Source: an uncultured Alphaproteobacteria bacterium (GTDB lineage: Bacteria; Pseudomonadota; Alphaproteobacteria; Methylaequorales; Methylaequoraceae). From it: a stretch of DNA of 64,000 bases. The stretch lies in assembly GCA_902595755.1 (NCBI GenBank), contig CACJRF010000003.1:56580-120579 (forward strand). Direction: 5' to 3'. Numbering within the stretch: position 1 is the stretch's first letter; each line of letters opens with the position of its first letter. Of this stretch, positions 59,484-64,000 are shown piece after piece. The translations under genes and the position numbers were made by a program. The notes beneath the pieces are model-generated. The model searched no databases, was not told where the DNA came from, and worked only from the letters and a program-made list of their open reading frames with translations.

Positions 59484-60011
59484 ATGTTTAAAACCATACC
59501 TGATGTAATATTTCAAACAAGAGTGAGAGATGATTCCTTAGGAGGAGACAACCCATTTAAATGGGAAAAAAAGAGCTCACACGATTACTTTTTAAACAAA
59601 AGAGTAATACTATTTTCCTTACCAGGCGCATTTACTCCAACTTGTTCCACATTTCAACTTCCTGATTTTAACAAGTTATATGACGATTTTAAAAATTTTG
59701 GAATTGACGAGATATACTGTATTTCTGTAAATGATGCATTTGTAATGAATGCATGGGCTAAACATCATGAAATAGGTAAAGTTAAAGTTATACCGGATGG
59801 TAGTGCAGAATTTACTAGAAAGATGGGAATGCTTGTTAAGAAAGATAATCTAGGTTTTGGTCTAAGATCTTGGAGATATGCCATGATAATTGACAATAAC
59901 GAAGTAGTGCAAACCTTTATTGAACCTGGTTTCAAAGATAACGCTGAAGATGATCCTTACGGGGAGACTTCTCCACAAAATATATTGAAATATTTAAAGC
60001 AGGAATCTTAA
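59484..60011 (+). CDS. Peroxiredoxin, Prx5 (glutathione/glutaredoxin-dependent) subfamily
   Basis: The peroxidatic Cys motif PGAFTPTCS and a 175 aa length fit. Confidence 0.8.
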   Translation: MFKTIPDVIFQTRVRDDSLGGDNPFKWEKKSSHDYFLNKRVILFSLPGAFTPTCSTFQLPDFNKLYDDFKNFGIDEIYCISVNDAFVMNAWAKHHEIGKVKVIPDGSAEFTRKMGMLVKKDNLGFGLRSWRYAMIIDNNEVVQTFIEPGFKDNAEDDPYGETSPQNILKYLKQES

Positions 60012-60024
60012 GTTGCAGTTAACT

Positions 60025-60642
60025 TTACCTTGAATAATATTCAATTACTAGATTAGGCTCCATTATGACAGGGTATGGAACCTCATCTAATTTTGGACCT
60101 TTTAAAAATGTACCTTTAAGCTTATCATAGTCTACTGATAAATATTCTGGGGTATCTCTTTCAGTTGAGCTAATAGCTTCAAGAACTATAGGAATTTCCT
60201 TACTTGATTCTTTAATCTCAATAACATCACCGTCTTTAACTGAGTAAGATGGGATAGTTAATTTTTTTCCATTCACTAAAACATGGCCATGACTAACAAA
60301 TTGTCTGGCTGCAAAAACCGTAGTTACAAACTTCATTCTATATACAGCGGCGTCTAATCTTCTTTCTAGTAATTGTATAAGATTCTCACTTGTATTGCCC
60401 TTAAGGTTAGAGGCTTTAAAAAAAATGTTTCTAAATTGTTTTTCAGTTATATAACCATAATGACCTTTAAGTTTTTGTTTTGCCATCAGCTGGATGCCAA
60501 AGTCTGATGGTTTTTTCTTTCTTGTTTGACCATTTAAGCCTGGGGGATAATCTCTCTTATTAAATGGACTTTTAGGCCTCCCCCATAAATTACATTTTAA
60601 TCTTCTATCTATTTTATATTTTGATTTTAGAATTCTAGTCAT
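60025..60642 (-). CDS. rpsD: 30S ribosomal protein S4
   Basis: The S4 N-terminus [15 protein letters not shown]...PPGLNGQ and the S4 domain [12 protein letters not shown] are present. The ORF track's longer N-terminal extension was trimmed to the conserved start. Confidence 0.9.
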   Translation of the reverse strand: MTRILKSKYKIDRRLKCNLWGRPKSPFNKRDYPPGLNGQTRKKKPSDFGIQLMAKQKLKGHYGYITEKQFRNIFFKASNLKGNTSENLIQLLERRLDAAVYRMKFVTTVFAARQFVSHGHVLVNGKKLTIPSYSVKDGDVIEIKESSKEIPIVLEAISSTERDTPEYLSVDYDKLKGTFLKGPKLDEVPYPVIMEPNLVIEYYSR

Positions 60643-60682
60643 ATTGTAGGTGAATATACTTATTAAATTACTTATGTCAAAT

Positions 60683-61402
60683 TTATTTACCTCTTTTTTT
60701 AAGGGCTTTAAAAATACCAATCAGAATTTTTATATCGTCACTTGTTAAATCAATTTTATTAAATATATTCATGATTTTTTGCGTCATTATTTTTTTTCTT
60801 TCTTTTATTAAAAAGAATTCTTTTTCATCAAGATCATTTATTAAAAGCTTCATAAAGTTTATAAGTTCAGACTTTTTTGCTTTATGGGGGTGGGTATTTA
60901 TATTATTTGTTTTATTTCCAATTCTTGAAATTTCATAACAAATCAAGTTTACGGCATGCGATAAGTTTAAAGATGAAAACTTTTTATTAGTGTTAATCTT
61001 TAACACATAATCGCATAAAACAATCTTATCATTATCTAAACCACACCTTTCCGGACCGAATACAATCCCAATTTTATTTTTATTATTTTTTAAAATATTT
61101 GAAAGATGACTAAAGCTAATAACCTTCTGTTTTATAGACCTTGTCCTATTAGTGGTTGCAATAATTACATTAAAATGTTTAATGGCTTCATCAAAATTTT
61201 CATATACCCTTGTTTTATCTATAACAATATCTGCACCTGCACAAACTGGTCTAATTTTTTCATGGTTTAAATTAAACTCTGGTGAAACTAGTTTCAATTT
61301 TTTAAAATTAAAGTTCAACATTGATCTAGCCACCGCACCAAGATTTTCAGGAAGTTGTGTATTTACCAATATAATTTCTGGCAAGTTCTTCAATTTTTCC
61401 AT
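60683..61402 (-). CDS. SpoU/TrmH-family RNA 2'-O-methyltransferase
   Basis: The SPOUT knot motifs VFGPERCGL and [14 protein letters not shown] are present. Length is 239 aa. Confidence 0.75.
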   Translation of the reverse strand: MEKLKNLPEIILVNTQLPENLGAVARSMLNFNFKKLKLVSPEFNLNHEKIRPVCAGADIVIDKTRVYENFDEAIKHFNVIIATTNRTRSIKQKVISFSHLSNILKNNKNKIGIVFGPERCGLDNDKIVLCDYVLKINTNKKFSSLNLSHAVNLICYEISRIGNKTNNINTHPHKAKKSELINFMKLLINDLDEKEFFLIKERKKIMTQKIMNIFNKIDLTSDDIKILIGIFKALKKRGK

Positions 61403-61406
61403 ATGT

Positions 61407-62984
61407 TTACTTAAATTTTAGAAGGTGGTAAGTAATACTATCATGCAGTGCTATATACGATGCATCGATAACATTATAAGAAACACCTATAGTAGACCAT
61501 TTCTCATTTTTATTAGATGATTCAATTCTTACCCTTACTAAAGCATTAGTTCCATCTTGAGGCGTTAAAATTCTTACTTTATAATCAATTAGATTTAAAC
61601 TTTTTATTGAAGGGTAAAATTTTATTAAAGCTTTTCTTAAAGCTATATCTAAAGCATGAATTGGACCATTACCCTCTGCTGCACTATAAAATTCTTTTTT
61701 TTCAACAAATATTTTGATTCTAGCTTCTGAAATTGGGACAAATTTACTATCAGAATTTTTTCTTTTTTCATCAGAAACTTTAAAGCTTTCAAGACTATAA
61801 AACTCTTTAAATTTTTGAAGTGATCTTCTCGCTAAAAGTTCAAAACTTGCCTCTGCACCATCATATGCATAACCTAAAAATTCCTGATTTTTGACAATTT
61901 CTAAAAACTTTTTGACTCTTATATCATTTTTTTTTACTTTAATTTTGAATTTTTTTAATCTATTAATTATATTTCCTACACCTGACTGATTTGAGACAAC
62001 TAACACTCTGGTATTCCCAACTTTTTCTGGATCTACATGTTCATAAGATTTAGGATCTTTTTCAACTGCAGAAATATGTAAGCCACCCTTATGCGCAAAT
62101 GCAGCAGAACCTACGAAAGGAAGGTTTCTTGGAGATTGTCTGTTTAATGTTTCATCAATAAATCTACTTGCGTTGGTAATCTTATTTAATTTATTACTTA
62201 ATTTACATTTTATGTTCATTTTGAGGATTAAATTTGAAGCTACATTAACTAAATTTGCATTTCCACACCTTTCTCCTAAACCATTAAAAGTCCCCTGAAC
62301 CTGCCTAACACCTAACCTTACAGATTCAATAGAGTTATAGGTAGCATTGTCTGTATCATTATGGAAATGAACTCCTAATGATCTTTCTGGAATGATCTCC
62401 TTAACTTTATTTAAAATATTTTTTAATTCAAAAGGCAAAGTACCTCCGTTTGTGTCACATAAAACTATCCATTTTGCACCACTTTGATATGCTTGTTTTA
62501 TTGATTCTAATGCATAATCCTGATTATTTTTAAAACCGTCAAAAAAATGTTCAGCATCAAACATTACTTCATCCAATCTTCTTGAGGCATACGAAATAGT
62601 GTCATCAATCATCTCAAGATTTTGCTTAAGTGAAATTCTTAATGCGTTTTTAACGTGAAAATCCCATGTTTTTCCTACAAGACATGCTGTTCCAACGCCG
62701 GAATTTAAAACTGCATTCAAATTAGGATCATTTGCAGCACTCTTTCCGTGTTTTCTCATCATACCAAATGCAACAACTTTTGTATTTCTTGACTTAGGTA
62801 GAGACTTAAAAAATTTATCATCTGTTGGGTTTGCTCCTGGCCAACCACCCTCGATATAGTCTAGACCCATATCATATAAAATTTCTAAAATTTTAAGTTT
62901 ATCATTAAAACTAAAATTTACACCTTTACTTTGAGCTCCATCTCGAAGAGTACTATCATACAATTTAACAATGCTACTATTCAC
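61407..62984 (-). CDS. Citramalate synthase / 2-isopropylmalate synthase family (LeuA/CimA)
   Basis: The N-terminal LYDSTLRDGAQS, the HMGL-like TIM barrel motifs (HFHNDTDNAT) and a C-terminal LeuA dimerisation-like domain are present. Length is 525 aa. Confidence 0.85.
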   Translation of the reverse strand: MNSSIVKLYDSTLRDGAQSKGVNFSFNDKLKILEILYDMGLDYIEGGWPGANPTDDKFFKSLPKSRNTKVVAFGMMRKHGKSAANDPNLNAVLNSGVGTACLVGKTWDFHVKNALRISLKQNLEMIDDTISYASRRLDEVMFDAEHFFDGFKNNQDYALESIKQAYQSGAKWIVLCDTNGGTLPFELKNILNKVKEIIPERSLGVHFHNDTDNATYNSIESVRLGVRQVQGTFNGLGERCGNANLVNVASNLILKMNIKCKLSNKLNKITNASRFIDETLNRQSPRNLPFVGSAAFAHKGGLHISAVEKDPKSYEHVDPEKVGNTRVLVVSNQSGVGNIINRLKKFKIKVKKNDIRVKKFLEIVKNQEFLGYAYDGAEASFELLARRSLQKFKEFYSLESFKVSDEKRKNSDSKFVPISEARIKIFVEKKEFYSAAEGNGPIHALDIALRKALIKFYPSIKSLNLIDYKVRILTPQDGTNALVRVRIESSNKNEKWSTIGVSYNVIDASYIALHDSITYHLLKFK

Positions 62985-64000
62985 TATTAACCTTTATTCT
63001 ATTAACTATTTCTCTAGTATTTAGTAAAGTTAGAAGATTATTCATACTTGGCCCAAACTGTTTACCTGTCAAAATAATTCTAAGCTTAGTGTAAAGTTCT
63101 TTTGGTTTAATGTCACATTTTTCTAATATTTTTTTTGTCCACTCTACCCATGTTTTGGAGTTAATCTTTTCTGGCAATTCATCTAAAATAATTTTTTTTA
63201 AATCATTACTTAATACAACTTTATCTTCTAATATTAACTCGGAATTAGTTATTTCATACCAATCTTCAGCCTCTTTGATATTATCAATATTAGATTTAAC
63301 AATTTCCCAAAAACTTTGATTAAAGATGGGGTTAGTTATTTTTTTTAAATCCTGAAAACTTAGTTCTTTTAAGTATTTAGAATTCAGTCTATGAAGATCA
63401 TTTGGATCATAAAATATAGAATTCTTAGAAAAAATTTTTAGGTCAAACTCCTGAACCAATTTATCTATACCTATTATCCTTTCTACAGAACTACTTGTAC
63501 CTATTTTACTTAAATAATTTATTATTATTATAGGAAGAACTTGTTCAGACCTAAGTTGATTAATAGAATCTTTTCCTGTTCTTTTTGAAAGACCCTCTCC
63601 TGAAATTGACTTAATTAAAGGGAAGTGTCCGAACTCTGGTACTTTTGAATCAAGCATTTTAAATAACTGAATCTGTGCTGCCGTATTTGTTAAATGATCA
63701 TCCCCTCTCATTATATGAGTTACATTTAAATCAGCATCATCAACTACAGATGTAATTGTAAATAAGGGGAGTTCATCTGAACGAAAAATAACTGGATCAG
63801 ATATTGATAAGTTTTTAAAAGTTACTTTATCATGAATTTTATCTTCCCAAGTAATTACCTCGTCATTTAATTTAAGACGCCAGTGTGGTTTTTTTCCTGA
63901 AGAAATTAGTGAACTAATTTCCGATTTTTTTAATTTGAGTGATCCTCTATCATATATTGGAGGTCTCCCCTGTTTTAATAAAATCTTCCTTTTTAAGGAG
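62977..64000 (-). CDS. gltX: Glutamate--tRNA ligase, C-terminal ~340 aa (N-terminus outside window)
   Basis: The open frame continues to the window edge. It has IMRGDDHLTNTAAQI (the conserved GltX block), KLSKRTG (the KMSKS-class motif) and a downstream anticodon-binding region. Confidence 0.85.
   Translation of the reverse strand, partial: SLKRKILLKQGRPPIYDRGSLKLKKSEISSLISSGKKPHWRLKLNDEVITWEDKIHDKVTFKNLSISDPVIFRSDELPLFTITSVVDDADLNVTHIMRGDDHLTNTAAQIQLFKMLDSKVPEFGHFPLIKSISGEGLSKRTGKDSINQLRSEQVLPIIIINYLSKIGTSSSVERIIGIDKLVQEFDLKIFSKNSIFYDPNDLHRLNSKYLKELSFQDLKKITNPIFNQSFWEIVKSNIDNIKEAEDWYEITNSELILEDKVVLSNDLKKIILDELPEKINSKTWVEWTKKILEKCDIKPKELYTKLRIILTGKQFGPSMNNLLTLLNTREIVNRIKVNSE

Noticed and set aside
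2221-63319. Many 60-190 aa ORFs in the six-frame track that lie antisense inside long, well-supported genes. Examples are 2221-2529, 4516-4755, 12473-12667, 14195-15129, 18241-19659, 20308-20940, 27445-27741, 28705-29004, 31559-31756, 33045-33673, 36060-36275, 38241-38441, 40353-40790, 45674-45919, 47275-47580, 49495-49919, 53069-53902, 61152-61421 and 63110-63319.
   Set aside because: Each is embedded entirely within a long CDS on the opposite strand that has strong family-level motif support. They show no motifs of their own and are the expected by-product of long ORFs. They were treated as spurious.
1-64000. CRISPR arrays, rRNA genes, integrases, transposases or prophage genes.
   Set aside because: No regular repeat-spacer structure, no rRNA-like conserved segments and no recombinase or transposase-like ORFs were seen. 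The tRNA-Leu at 48319-48407 has no adjacent integrase.

Overview
The window is AT-rich (roughly 30% GC by eye) and very densely packed. Many genes are translationally coupled by ATGA or TGATTG overlaps. Most of it reads as the core genome of a streamlined alphaproteobacterium. The purL-bolA-grxD synteny, a eukaryotic-type NADP isocitrate dehydrogenase and citramalate synthase next to gltX fit this, and the overall picture resembles marine SAR11-like genomes; this taxonomic placement is inference. Well-supported housekeeping content includes guaA, guaB, rlmE, ppx, an RND efflux pair, pssA, psd, icd, alaS, recA, dksA, gmhB, an NAD-dependent formate dehydrogenase module (a fused fdsG-fdsB, fdsA, an oxalate/formate-family transporter, mobA, fdhD, moaA), nadK and an M20 deacylase. 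All seven queuosine genes (queA, tgt, queF, queD, queE, queC, queG) sit together in one supercluster. After these come pip, dsbA, tRNA-Leu(TAA), cinA-like, map, purB, purC, purS, purQ, purL, bolA, grxD, a Prx5 peroxiredoxin, rpsD, a SpoU methyltransferase, a citramalate/isopropylmalate synthase and the 3' part of gltX. The first ~12.4 kb is different and looks accessory. It begins with the C-terminal end of a flagellin-family protein. After it come a FliS chaperone, a second FliS-like ORF, a FliB-like flagellin lysine-N-methylase, and candidate modification enzymes. These enzymes are a TPR-sulfotransferase fusion, a HAD hydrolase, a Wzy_C/O-antigen-ligase-like membrane protein, a PhyH-family dioxygenase and an FkbM methyltransferase. 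A ClC channel, a SixA-like phosphatase, a redoxin, YjbQ and several small ORFs lie among them. No other flagellar structural genes are present in the 64 kb. This orphan flagellin-modification locus is the most interesting candidate system here. There is no CRISPR array, rRNA, integrase or transposase.
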